Assembly (NCBI GenBank): GCA_035948355.1
Contig: DASZJF010000037.1
Span: forward strand, 5,019-69,018
DNA: 64,000 nucleotides
From: Solirubrobacteraceae bacterium
GTDB lineage: Bacteria; Actinomycetota; Thermoleophilia; Solirubrobacterales; Solirubrobacteraceae
Direction of reading: 5' to 3'
Shown: piece by piece, positions 9,030-19,000 of the stretch
How the letters are laid out: every line of letters begins with the position of its first letter
How positions within the stretch are numbered: the first letter of the stretch is position 1
Notes under the pieces: model-generated
Seen by the model: only the letters and a program-made list of their open reading frames with translations
What the model was told of the DNA's origin: nothing
Databases searched by the model: none
Made by a program: the position numbers and the translations under genes

Positions 9030-10083
9030 TACCACGATGGATCTCCCGCAGGCCTTCGCCGCGGGCTCCCCGCGGGTGCTCGTCGCCGGCGCCACCGGGT
9101 TCGCGGGCGCGCTCGCGGCGCACCTGCTCTGGCGCCATCCCCGCTTCCAGCTCGTCGGCGTGACCGGACGCTCGGAGGTCGGGCGGCGCCTGGACGACCT
9201 GTACCCCCGCTACCGCGTCCCTCTACAGATCGAACAGCTCGATCTCGACCGGCTCGCGCTCGAGCGCGACACCGGCGGACGCCTGGACGCGGCCATCGTC
9301 GCCTACCCCCACGCCGCCGCCGCGCCCACCGTCGGCGAGCTGCGCGAGCTCGGCGCCCGCGTCGTCGACCTCAGCGCCGACTTTCGCCTCGCCTCGGTCG
9401 AGACGTACGAGCAGTGGTACGGGCCGCACCCCCGGCCGGACCTGCTCGACCAGGCTGCCTACGGTCTGACCGAGCTCCACCGCGCGCAGATCGCCGACGC
9501 GCAGATCGTCGCCAACCCCGGCTGCTACCCGACCGCGGCCGTGCTCGGGCTCGCCCCGCTCGCCCGCGCCGGCCTGATCGCCGACGTCGTAATCGACGCC
9601 AAGCAGGGGATCTCCGGCGCCGGTCGCACGTTCGACGACACCACGCACCTGTCGCTGGCGGGCGAGAACATCCTCCCTTACAAGGTCGCCAACCACCGGC
9701 ACACGCCCGAGATCGAGGAGCAGCTGGGTTTGCTCGGCGCAGGCATGCCCGTTCAATTTCAGGCGCACCTCGTGCCGCTCGACCAGGGCGAGCTGGCCAG
9801 CTGCTACGTGACCACCACCCGCACCGTCGCACCGGCCGAGCTCACGGAGCTCTACGCCGACGCCTACACCCATGAGACCTTCGTCGAGGTCGTCGGAGTG
9901 CCTCCCGGTACACGCGACGTGCAGGAGACGAACTTCTGTCGTATCTTCGCCGTCGCCGATCCGCACACCGGCAAGGTCGTCGTGCTCTCGGCGATCGACA
10001 ACCTCTGGAAGGGCACCTCCTCGCAAGCAGTCCAGAACCTCAATCTCATGTTCGGGATCGCAGAGACGGAGGGTTTGCTGTGA
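9022..10083 (+). CDS. argC: N-acetyl-gamma-glutamyl-phosphate reductase
   Basis: GATGFAG, DLSADFRL, YGLTEL, VANPGCYPTA, SGAGR, IDNLWKG. Start is GTG 9022 or ATG 9037. Confidence 0.97.
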   Translation: MADTTMDLPQAFAAGSPRVLVAGATGFAGALAAHLLWRHPRFQLVGVTGRSEVGRRLDDLYPRYRVPLQIEQLDLDRLALERDTGGRLDAAIVAYPHAAAAPTVGELRELGARVVDLSADFRLASVETYEQWYGPHPRPDLLDQAAYGLTELHRAQIADAQIVANPGCYPTAAVLGLAPLARAGLIADVVIDAKQGISGAGRTFDDTTHLSLAGENILPYKVANHRHTPEIEEQLGLLGAGMPVQFQAHLVPLDQGELASCYVTTTRTVAPAELTELYADAYTHETFVEVVGVPPGTRDVQETNFCRIFAVADPHTGKVVVLSAIDNLWKGTSSQAVQNLNLMFGIAETEGLL

Positions 10084-11372
10084 GCGCCGGCAACGACGTC
10101 TTCGGTGACCGGGCCTCCGCCGCTGCGCCCCAGCCGTTCTTCCATTCGCGCTGGGTGCCAACGCCCGAACACGTGCGCGACCTCGGCCCCGGCGCGGGTT
10201 TGCCCGCGGGCTTCCGCGCCGCCGGGGTTGCCTGCGGGATCAAGCCCTCGGGCAACCCCGACCTCGGGCTGCTCGTCTGTGACTCGGAGACTCCCGTCAG
10301 TGCGGCACGCTTCACCGCCACCGGCACGCCCGCTGCGCCCGTGCTGCTCAGCCAGGAGCGCTGCCGGCTCGATGGGCTGCGCGCGATCCTCGCCAACTCC
10401 GGCTGCGCCAACGCCGCCACCGGGCGGCGCGGACTCGACGACGCCGCCAAGACCCAGGGCGCCGCTGCGCTGGCCGTGGGGGTGCAGGAGGCGACGGTCG
10501 CGCTTGCCTCGACCGGCGGCATCAGCTGGTATCTGCCCGTCGACGCGGTGCTGCAGGGCATCCTCGCCGTCCACGGCGAGCTGCGCCGCGAGGGCGACGC
10601 CGACTTCCAGCAGGCGATCCAGACGACCGACGCGTTCGAGAAGCGTGCCTGCCTGGAGGTCGAGCTGTCCGGCGGCCCCGTCCGCCTGACCGCGCAGTGC
10701 AAGGGCGCGGGCATGATCTCTCCCAACTTCGCCACGATGTTCTGCTTCGTGCAGACCGACGCTGTGCTTGAGCCGCACACTGCCGACCTGTTGCTCGGCG
10801 TCTGCGTCAAGCGCTCCTTCGACCGCTGCTCCGTCGACGGCCAGCTCTCCACCAACGACACCGCCATCCTCATGTGCTCGGGCGCCTCCGGCGTGCGGAT
10901 CGCTCCGGAGAGCGAGGACGAGCTGCGCTTCGGCGACGCGCTCGACGCGCTGCTGCGCCAGCTCACGATCCTGATGGTCGCCGACGGCGAGGGCGCCGCC
11001 CGGATCGCGCGCGTGGTCGTGCGGGGGGGTTACCTGGAGGGCGTCGAGGCCGCCGCGCGCGGCGTCGCCAACTCGCCGCTCGTCAAGGCCGCGCTGCACA
11101 GCGGCGATCCCAACTGGGGCCGGATCGTCCAGGCCGTGGGCGCGGCCCTGCCCGGAACCGCTCCGCTGGCGGTGGACATCGCGCTGCAGGGCATCTCCGT
11201 CTGCTCGGCGGGCGTTGCGATTCCCTACGAGGAGGATCAGCTCGCCGAGGCGTTGAAGGCGAAGGAAGTCGAGTACGAGATCACGCTGCCCGGCGAGGGA
11301 GCCGAGACCGAGGTCTTCTTCTCGGATCTATCCCACGAGTACGTAACGATAAATGCCGACTACACCACGTGA
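10080..11372 (+). CDS. argJ: Bifunctional ornithine acetyltransferase/N-acetylglutamate synthase
   Basis: NSGCANAATG, KGAGMISPNFATM, STNDT, DGEGA, DPNWGRI, INADYTT. Confidence 0.97.
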   Translation: MSAGNDVFGDRASAAAPQPFFHSRWVPTPEHVRDLGPGAGLPAGFRAAGVACGIKPSGNPDLGLLVCDSETPVSAARFTATGTPAAPVLLSQERCRLDGLRAILANSGCANAATGRRGLDDAAKTQGAAALAVGVQEATVALASTGGISWYLPVDAVLQGILAVHGELRREGDADFQQAIQTTDAFEKRACLEVELSGGPVRLTAQCKGAGMISPNFATMFCFVQTDAVLEPHTADLLLGVCVKRSFDRCSVDGQLSTNDTAILMCSGASGVRIAPESEDELRFGDALDALLRQLTILMVADGEGAARIARVVVRGGYLEGVEAAARGVANSPLVKAALHSGDPNWGRIVQAVGAALPGTAPLAVDIALQGISVCSAGVAIPYEEDQLAEALKAKEVEYEITLPGEGAETEVFFSDLSHEYVTINADYTT

Positions 11373-11382
11373 GGAGCGAACG

Positions 11383-12231
11383 ATGCGTGACGTAGGCACC
11401 CTGCTGGAGGCGCTCCCGTACATCCGGGAGTTTCACGGCAAGACCGTCGTCATCAAGTACGGTGGCGCGGCGATGGAGGACCCGGCGCTGCGCGAGGAGT
11501 TCGCGCGCGACGTCGTGCTGCTCAAGTACGTCGGCCTGAACCCGATCGTCGTGCACGGCGGCGGTCCCGACATCACCGCCTACATGCAGCGGCTTGGGCT
11601 GCCCGTCGAGTTCGTCGGCGGACTGCGCGTCTCCGACGAGAGCACCGTCGAGGTCGCCAAGATGGTGCTCGTCGGCAAGATCAACACCGAGATCGTGCTG
11701 CGCATCAACCGCCACGGCCAGCCCGCGATCGGGCTGTGCGGCGACGACGGCTCGCTGTTTCGCGTCTCCCGCCGTACCGCGCCCGGGGGCGAGGACATCG
11801 GCTTCGTCGGGCGCATCGACCACGTCGATGTGGATGTGCTCAACCATGTCTCATCCGACTACATCCCCGTGATCGCCTCCGTCGGCGCCGACCGCGACGG
11901 GCACTCCTACAACGTCAACGCCGACGAGGCCGCCGGCGCCGTCGCCGGCGCGCTGGGCGCCTACAAGGTCATCTTCCTCACCGACGTCCCCGGCTGGCTG
12001 CGCGACCCGTCCGATCCCGACTCGCTGATCGGGCAGGCCGGCACCGCCGAGATCCGCGCCGCGCTCGACACGCTCGAGGGTGGAATGCGCCCCAAGCTGC
12101 AGGCGTGCGTCGACGCGATCGGGGCAGGCGTGTCCGCCGCGCACATCCTCGACGGGCGCCTCGCGCACTCGCTCCTCTTGGAGCTCTTTACCGATGCCGG
12201 CATCGGAACCAAGATCGAGGCAGCCGCGTGA
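11383..12231 (+). CDS. argB: Acetylglutamate kinase
   Basis: VIKYGGAAM, VVHGGGP, NVNADEAA, GGMRPKL. Confidence 0.97.
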   Translation: MRDVGTLLEALPYIREFHGKTVVIKYGGAAMEDPALREEFARDVVLLKYVGLNPIVVHGGGPDITAYMQRLGLPVEFVGGLRVSDESTVEVAKMVLVGKINTEIVLRINRHGQPAIGLCGDDGSLFRVSRRTAPGGEDIGFVGRIDHVDVDVLNHVSSDYIPVIASVGADRDGHSYNVNADEAAGAVAGALGAYKVIFLTDVPGWLRDPSDPDSLIGQAGTAEIRAALDTLEGGMRPKLQACVDAIGAGVSAAHILDGRLAHSLLLELFTDAGIGTKIEAAA

Positions 12232-13397
12232 CGCTGTCGGAGTTGCAGGCGCTAGAGCGCGAGCACGTCGTCCCGTCGTATGCGCGCTCCCCGGTGCAAT
12301 TCGTGCGCGGCGAGGGCCCCTGGCTGTGGGACGAGCAGGGCAACGAGTACCTCGACTTCCTCTGCGGCATCTCCGTCACGAACGTCGGACACTGCCACCC
12401 GCGCGTGGTCGCGGCCGTGCGCGAGCAGGTCGGCCGGCTGATGCACGTCTCCAACCTGTTCTACACAGAGCCCGCGATGCGCCTGGCCGAGCGGTTGTCG
12501 CAGTCGAGCCTGCAGGGCAAGGTCTACTTTTGCAACTCCGGCGCGGAGGCCAGCGAGGCTGCGATCAAGCTCGTGCGCAAGGCCCATCCGGGGGGAGACG
12601 TCGTGGTCGTATACGGAGCGTTCCATGGGCGTACGTACGGCGCGCTGTCGGCCACGCCCCAGGAGGCCAAGCAGGCGCCGTTCGCGCCGCTCGTCCCCGG
12701 CTTTCGCGCGGTCGATCCCACGCCCGAGGCGATCGCCGGAGCCGTCGACGCCCGCACCGCCGCGGTGTTGCTGGAGCCGATCCAGGGCGAGTCGGGCGTG
12801 AACGTGCTCTCCCAGGAGACGCTCCAGGCCGCGCGCGCGGCCTGTGACGAGCACGGCGCCGTGCTCGTGTTCGATGAGGTCCAGTGCGGGATGGGCCGCA
12901 CCGGCACGCTCTGGGCCTACGAGCAGACCGGCGTCATCCCAGATGTGATCACAACAGCCAAGGCCCTCGGTGGCGGTCTGCCGATCGGCGCGCTCATCGC
13001 CGCCCCGCACCTAAGCGACGTGTTCCAGCCCGGCGATCACGGCTCCACATTCGCCGGCGGCCCCGTCATCGCCGCCGCCGCGCTCGCCGCCCTCGAGGTC
13101 ATCGAAGATCCCGCGCTGCTCGGACGCGTGACCGCGCTCGGCCACCGGTTGCACGCCGGACTGAAATCCCTCCCGCACGTACTGTCGGTACGGGGGCGCG
13201 GCCTGATGCTCGCGTGCGAGTTGGACGTTCCCGCGCCCGATGTCGTCCGCCGTGCTCTGATAGAGCAGCGCCTGATCCTCAACGCCACCGGCCCCACCAC
13301 CGTGCGCCTGCTGCCACCGCTGATCGTCGGTGAGCCCGAGATCGACACGGCGCTCGAGCGCCTGGGCGCGGCGCTTGAAGGATCAAACGGCGGCTAG
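12228..13397 (+). CDS. argD: Acetylornithine aminotransferase
   Basis: GTG 12228; FCNSGAEASEAAIK, FHGRT, EPIQGESG, DEVQCGMGRTG, AKALGGG, HGSTFAG. Confidence 0.96.
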   Translation: MTLSELQALEREHVVPSYARSPVQFVRGEGPWLWDEQGNEYLDFLCGISVTNVGHCHPRVVAAVREQVGRLMHVSNLFYTEPAMRLAERLSQSSLQGKVYFCNSGAEASEAAIKLVRKAHPGGDVVVVYGAFHGRTYGALSATPQEAKQAPFAPLVPGFRAVDPTPEAIAGAVDARTAAVLLEPIQGESGVNVLSQETLQAARAACDEHGAVLVFDEVQCGMGRTGTLWAYEQTGVIPDVITTAKALGGGLPIGALIAAPHLSDVFQPGDHGSTFAGGPVIAAAALAALEVIEDPALLGRVTALGHRLHAGLKSLPHVLSVRGRGLMLACELDVPAPDVVRRALIEQRLILNATGPTTVRLLPPLIVGEPEIDTALERLGAALEGSNGG

Positions 13398-13670
13398 CGC
13401 GTCCGCGAGATCGTCCGCCGTGGTCTCGACAGCCTCGGGGATCGTGACGACAAGGTGACCCTCGCGTTCGAGAATGCGACGAGGACCCAGCATCGTCATA
13501 CCTACGATCCGATCGGTGCCGGGCGCATATCGAAGCACGTGGCCCTCGGGAGTCGTCTCACCCTCGCCAGCCTCGGCCTCGCCCACACGTAGGTAGAGCA
13601 CGTCGTTCTCGGCGTCGTAGTTCGCATTGTCGAACACGATTGAGCCGATCTTCAAGTTCACGCGTCCCAT
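13383..13670 (-). CDS. DUF2283-like protein, putative antitoxin
   Basis: NYDAENDVLYLRV...GHVLRY...IVGMTML resembles the DUF2283 YD-x-x-x-D-x-L-Y pattern; directly downstream of a small toxin-like ORF. Confidence 0.65.
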   Translation of the reverse strand: MGRVNLKIGSIVFDNANYDAENDVLYLRVGEAEAGEGETTPEGHVLRYAPGTDRIVGMTMLGPRRILEREGHLVVTIPEAVETTADDLADALAAV

Positions 13671-13972
13671 GTCGGAGGGTCCTTTCGGTGTCCGAATGCG
13701 GAGATGATCCGCGCTGGAACCTGCTCATAGCTTACGACAACCAACAGCCACCTACTGGGTCCTATGTCGCTTGCGAAGTAGCGTTTGCGTTCGGGATAAA
13801 CAGGATCGACTTCGATGTGATCGGCAGATGTCACCGCGCGGAGGACGTCGGCGGTGAATGTCGCAAGCTCGGTGTGCTCGAGCAGCACCTTCTCTTGCCA
13901 AATGCGGGCGGGTAGCACGACCCGAGCGCCCTGAGGGTCAACCGTCTCTCCGATGAGTCCGTCGTCGGCCAT
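13658..13972 (-). CDS. DUF4258/BrnT/RelE-like small protein, putative ribonuclease toxin
   Basis: 104 aa; WQEKVLLEH.EL...RKRYF...WLLVVVSY...RIISAF. Overlaps the DUF2283-like gene; lower GC than the flanks. Confidence 0.55.
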   Translation of the reverse strand: MADDGLIGETVDPQGARVVLPARIWQEKVLLEHTELATFTADVLRAVTSADHIEVDPVYPERKRYFASDIGPSRWLLVVVSYEQVPARIISAFGHRKDPPTWDA

Positions 13973-14040
13973 TACGGAAAGGATGTCGCGCGCTTGGGAT
14001 GGCATCGTCCTGCCCAGTGCTCCAGTAGCCTGCGCGAGCG

Positions 14041-15312
14041 ATGAGCGCTTCCGAGCCCCAGCAGGGTTTCCCCCCGCGCACCGCCTCCTACGAGGCCGAC
14101 CCCGAGCGGGTCGGGCGCGTGCTGCTCCTCTACTCCGGGGGCCTGGATACGAGCGTGATGCTCAAGTGGATCCAGGACCGCTATGGCGCGGAGGTCGTGT
14201 GTCTGACCGTCAACCTCGGGCAGCCGGGCGAGGATTACGAGGTGATTCGCGAGAAGGCCCTGCAGCTGGGCGCGCTGGACTGTCACGTGATCGACGCGCG
14301 CGAGGAGTTCGCGCGCGAATACCTGCTTCCCGCGATCAAGGCCAACGCGCTCTACGGCGGCGGCTATCCGCTGTTCACCGCGCTCGGGCGCCCGCTGATC
14401 GCCAAGCTCGCGGTGCAGCACGCGCGCACGAGCGAGTGCGACACGATCGCCCACGGCTGTACCGGCAAGGGCAACGACCAGGTTCGCATCGAGGCGACCG
14501 TCGCGACGCTCGCGCCCGAGCTGCGCACGATCGCGCCGGTGCGCTCTTGGCAGATGGGTCGCGAGGAGGAGATCGCCTACGCGCGCGAGCACGGCATCCC
14601 CGTCAAGGGCGGGACCGAGACCGCGCCCTACTCGATCGACGACAACCTGTGGGGTCGCTCCTCGGAGGGCCGCTGGATCGAGGATCTCGCCCACGCGCCC
14701 GAGGACGACGTGTTTCAGCTCGTCACCCGCCCCGAGGAGGCGCCCGAAGAGGCGCAGACCGTCGAGGTGGAGTTCGAGCGCGGCGTGCCTGTCGCCCTCG
14801 ACGGCGAGCGCTTGCAGCCGGTGCAGCTGATCGAACGGGCGGCGGACATCGCCGCGCGTCACGGCGTCGGGATCATCGACCACATCGAGGATCGCATCGT
14901 CGGGCTGAAGGTCCGCGACATCTACGAGGCGCCCGCCGCCGCGATCCTGCTGGCGGCCCACCAGGAGCTCGAGCGCCTGGTGTGCACGATCCACCAGAAC
15001 CAGTTCAAGCCCCAGCTCGACCACCAGTGGGCCTATCTCGTCTATGCCGGCCTGTGGTGGGAGCCGCTGCGCTCAGACCTCGACGCCTACATGAACAGCG
15101 TCAACGAGCAGGTGACGGGCACGATCGGCCTGAAGCTCTACCGGGGCAGCGTTCGCGTCCTCACCCGCTCCTCGCCGAACGCGGTCTACGACGCGAGCCT
15201 CGCGTCGTTCTCGCAGTCCGGCGGCCTCTTCTCGCAGGCGGCCTCGCCCGGTTTCATCGAGCTGTTCTCGCTGCAGTCGCGCATGGCCTGGCGCCTGCGC
15301 AACGGCTCCTGA
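14041..15312 (+). CDS. argG: Argininosuccinate synthase
   Basis: LLYSGGLDTS, LGRPLIAK, HGCTGKGNDQVR, YSIDDNLWGRS, YEAPAA. Confidence 0.97.
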   Translation: MSASEPQQGFPPRTASYEADPERVGRVLLLYSGGLDTSVMLKWIQDRYGAEVVCLTVNLGQPGEDYEVIREKALQLGALDCHVIDAREEFAREYLLPAIKANALYGGGYPLFTALGRPLIAKLAVQHARTSECDTIAHGCTGKGNDQVRIEATVATLAPELRTIAPVRSWQMGREEEIAYAREHGIPVKGGTETAPYSIDDNLWGRSSEGRWIEDLAHAPEDDVFQLVTRPEEAPEEAQTVEVEFERGVPVALDGERLQPVQLIERAADIAARHGVGIIDHIEDRIVGLKVRDIYEAPAAAILLAAHQELERLVCTIHQNQFKPQLDHQWAYLVYAGLWWEPLRSDLDAYMNSVNEQVTGTIGLKLYRGSVRVLTRSSPNAVYDASLASFSQSGGLFSQAASPGFIELFSLQSRMAWRLRNGS

Positions 15313-15371
15313 GCGAGCGCCCGCACGCGCGGCGGAGGCGTCCGGTCGGAGACATACGCTGCGGTGAGTCA

Positions 15372-15974
15372 ATGATCGCCGAGGGATCTTCGTCATCGTC
15401 ACAGACGCCCGTTCCGCGGGGAGGCCCTTCGCAGCCTCCGAGCGAGCGCGACCTGCTCGCCGAGCGCCGCGCGCGCCGCGCGGCGGAGTCCGGCGAGAGC
15501 GCCCTCCTGCGCCGCGCCGAGATGGCCGAGGCGACCGTCAAGACGCTAGAGGGTCACGTCTCGAGCCTGCAGCGGCGCCTGGAGGGAGCCGAACAGGACG
15601 GGCGGCGAACATCGGAGCTGGCGCAGCGGCTGGAGAACGTGGAGAGCGCGCTTGCGGCGATACGCGAGAGCCACCGCCGGATGGCCGGCACCGTCAGCGA
15701 GCTGAAGGGCGTGGCGATGAGGCTGCGGGCGGCCGTCGACGCCGAGCCCGCGCGGGAGTCCTCGTCGTCCTCTGTCCGTCCGCGCAGCGAGGAGATGACC
15801 GACGCGCTGGCAGCCGCCGTCGAGCGGCTGCGCGCGCGAGCGCAGGAGAGCGTCGCGGCGCGGCCGCCGGATACGACGCCCGCCGTGGCGCCCGTCGTGC
15901 GCGCGCCGCACAAGCACAGCATGTCGCTGATCGGTCGCTGGCGGTTAAGACGCAAACAGCGGCGCGGGCGCTGA
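15372..15974 (+). CDS. Hypothetical coiled-coil protein
   Basis: 200-aa ORF filling the argG-dnaE gap, with heptad-like stretch AEATVKTLEGHVSSLQRRLE and a basic C-terminus; no family recognised. Confidence 0.55.
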   Translation: MIAEGSSSSSQTPVPRGGPSQPPSERDLLAERRARRAAESGESALLRRAEMAEATVKTLEGHVSSLQRRLEGAEQDGRRTSELAQRLENVESALAAIRESHRRMAGTVSELKGVAMRLRAAVDAEPARESSSSSVRPRSEEMTDALAAAVERLRARAQESVAARPPDTTPAVAPVVRAPHKHSMSLIGRWRLRRKQRRGR

Positions 15975-16008
15975 ACGTCCGCCGCCGCGGACCCTAAGAT
16001 CGATCTCA

Positions 16009-19000
16009 GTGTCCGTCCCGACCTGCGCCCATCTGCACGTCCACTCCGAGTACTCGCTGCTCGACGGGGCGTGCAAGATCGAGGCGCTAGCCGCGCGCGC
16101 CGCCGAGTTCGGTCAGCCCGCCCTCGGCCTCACCGACCACGGTGTGATGAACGGGGCCGTCGAGCTGCACAAGGCCTGCGCCAAGCACGGCGTCAAGCCG
16201 ATCGTCGGCTGTGAGATCTATCTCGTCGACGACCACGCCGCCGCGGCTGCCGGTCCCGGCTCCCCGAAGGTGCAGCGCAACCACCTGACGCTGCTGGCCT
16301 CAAGCGACGCTGGCTACCGCAACCTCGTCAAGCTCTCCTCGGCCGGATTTCTGGAAGGGCTCAACCGCGGCAAGCCCACCGTCGATCTCGGCCAGGTCGA
16401 GCAGCACTCAGACGGCGTGATCGCGCTCACGGGCTGCCTGGCCTCGCGTTTTTGCCGGCTCCTGCTGGAGGATCGTCCCGATGACGCGCGCGCACACGCC
16501 GACGATCTGAGGCGGATATTCGGCCCGGACAACGTCTACTTCGAGGTGCAGAAGAACGGGCTCGTGCCGCAGGAGAAGTGCAACGAGGGAATCGTGCGCA
16601 TCGCGCGCGAGCTCGGCGGCGGCCTCGTGGGCACCGGTGACGTGCACTACCTGCGTCGCGAGGACTACGACCACCACACCGCGTTGCTGTGCGTGCAGAC
16701 CAAGAGCACGCTCGCCGCGCCGAAGCTGACGTTCGACACGAACGAGTTCTTTCTGCGCGACAACTCAGAGATGGCCGACGCGTTCGCGCAGTGGCCGGAG
16801 GCGATCGCCAACACGCTTGAGATCGCCGAGCGCTGCTCGGTCGAGCTGGAGCTGGGCAAGCAGCTGATCCCCAGCTACTCAACGCCCGACGGCTCCAGCG
16901 AGAGCGACTACCTGCGCGCGCGTGTGCTCGATGGCTTGACACTGCGCTACGGCGACCCGCCGCCGGCGGCGGCGATCGAGCGCATGGAGATGGAGCTTGG
17001 GGTGATCGACCGGATGGGCTTCAACGCCTACTTCCTGATCGTCTGGGACTTCGTCCGCTATGCCAAGGAGAACGGCATTGCCGTGGGACCCGGGCGCGGC
17101 TCCGCGGCCGGGTCGATCGTCGCCTACTGCCTGGCGATCACCGATGTGGACCCGCTGCGCTATGACCTGCTGTTCGAGCGGTTCCTGAACCCCGAGCGCG
17201 TGTCGATGCCCGATATCGACATCGACTTCTCCGTGCGCGGACGCGAGCGAGTGATGAAATACGTGACCGACAAGTACGGGCGCGAGTCGGTCGCCCAGAT
17301 CGTCACGTTCGGCAAGATGTTCCCGCGCGCCGCCACCCGCGACGCGGCGCGGGTGCTGGGCCTGGACTACGGCACCGGCGACCGTCTGGCGAAGCTGATC
17401 CCCGACCCGATCATGGGTCGCTCGCCCTCCTTCGAGGACTGCCTGAAGCCGGGGCAGCCGCTGCGCAAGGCCTGCGACGAGGAGCCGGTCGCGAAGCAGA
17501 TCATCGACGTCGCGCAGGGGCTGGAGGGGATCGTGCGCAACAGCTCGATCCACGCCGCCGCGGTCGTGATCGCAGACCGCCCGTTGACCGACATCGTGCC
17601 GCTGCAGCTGGCTGACGCCGGCGCGGACGAGAACGGTGAGAAGGCGTATCGCACGGTCACCCAGTTTTCGATGAAGCCGATCGAGGATATCGGCCTGCTG
17701 AAGATGGACTTCCTCGGCCTGCGCAACCTCGACGTGATCGAGGACGCGCTGGACATCATCGAGCGCTCCACCGGGCAGCGTCCGGAGATGACGACGCTGC
17801 CGCTGGATGACGCGCGCACGTATGAGATGCTCGCGCGCGGCGACTCCACCGGTGTGTTCCAGTTCGAGTCCGAGGGCATGCGCGAGGCATTGCGGAAGGT
17901 GCGCCCGGACGAGTTCAACGACCTCGTCGCGCTCAACGCGCTCTACCGTCCGGGCGCCATGGACCAGATACCGGTGTACGCCAAGGGCAAGCACAACCCG
18001 CAGGCGATCTCCTATCCGGACGAGCGCCTGCGGCCGATCCTGGAGTCCTCCAACGGCGTGATCCTCTATCAGGAGCAGGCGATGCAGATCTCCAAGGAGC
18101 TCGCGGGCTTCTCCGGCGCGAAGGCCGACGACCTGCGCAAGGCGATCGGCAAGAAGAATCGCGCGGCGATGGCGGCGCTGAAGCCCGAGTTCGTCGAGGG
18201 TTGCCGCGCGTCCGGCACCAAGCCGGAGACGATCGAGTTCCTCTGGCAGACCAACGAGAAGTCGGCGGACTACTCATTCAACAAGAGCCACGCCGCGTGC
18301 TACGGCCTGATCGCCTACAGGACGGCATGGCTGAAGGCGAACCATCCCGCGGAGTACATGGCTGCGCTGATCTCCTCGGTGATGTCGACCAAGGACAAGG
18401 TCCCGTTCTTCGTCGCGCGCTGCGAGGAGATGGGAATCGAGATCCTGCCGCCGGACGTGAACCTCTCAGACCACCGGTTCACCGTCGGGGCGCCGAGCGC
18501 AAAGGGTGGCGCCGGCGACATCCGCTTTGGACTGGACGCCGTCAAGGGGGTCGGATATCAGGCCGTGGAGGCGATCAAGCGCGCGCGCGAGGAGGGCGGA
18601 GAGTTCTCCTCGCTGTGGGACTTCTGCGAGCGCGTGGACAGCCGCACGGTCAACAAGAAGGCGATCGAGGCGCTCGTCAAGTGCGGCGCGCTGGGCTCCA
18701 CCGGAGCGAGCCGCAAGGGCATGCTCAGCGTGCTCGAGCAGGCGCAGGCAGCGGGCCAGAAGGCCCAGCAGGACGCACAGATCGGGCAGGGCTCGATCTT
18801 CGACCTGGCCCCCGAGCCGGGTGCCCCATCCGCTGAAGGCGACGCGGGCGAGCCTGGTGGGAGCGCGATCGCGGGGGCCGACCGCTCGGAGCTCGCCCAG
18901 CGCGCGGGCGCGGCGTTCCTGCGCCCGGCTCATCCCTCGATCCCTGCCGAGGAGTTCGATCAGGCGGAGCTGCTCGCGGTCGAGAAGGAGGCGATCGGCC

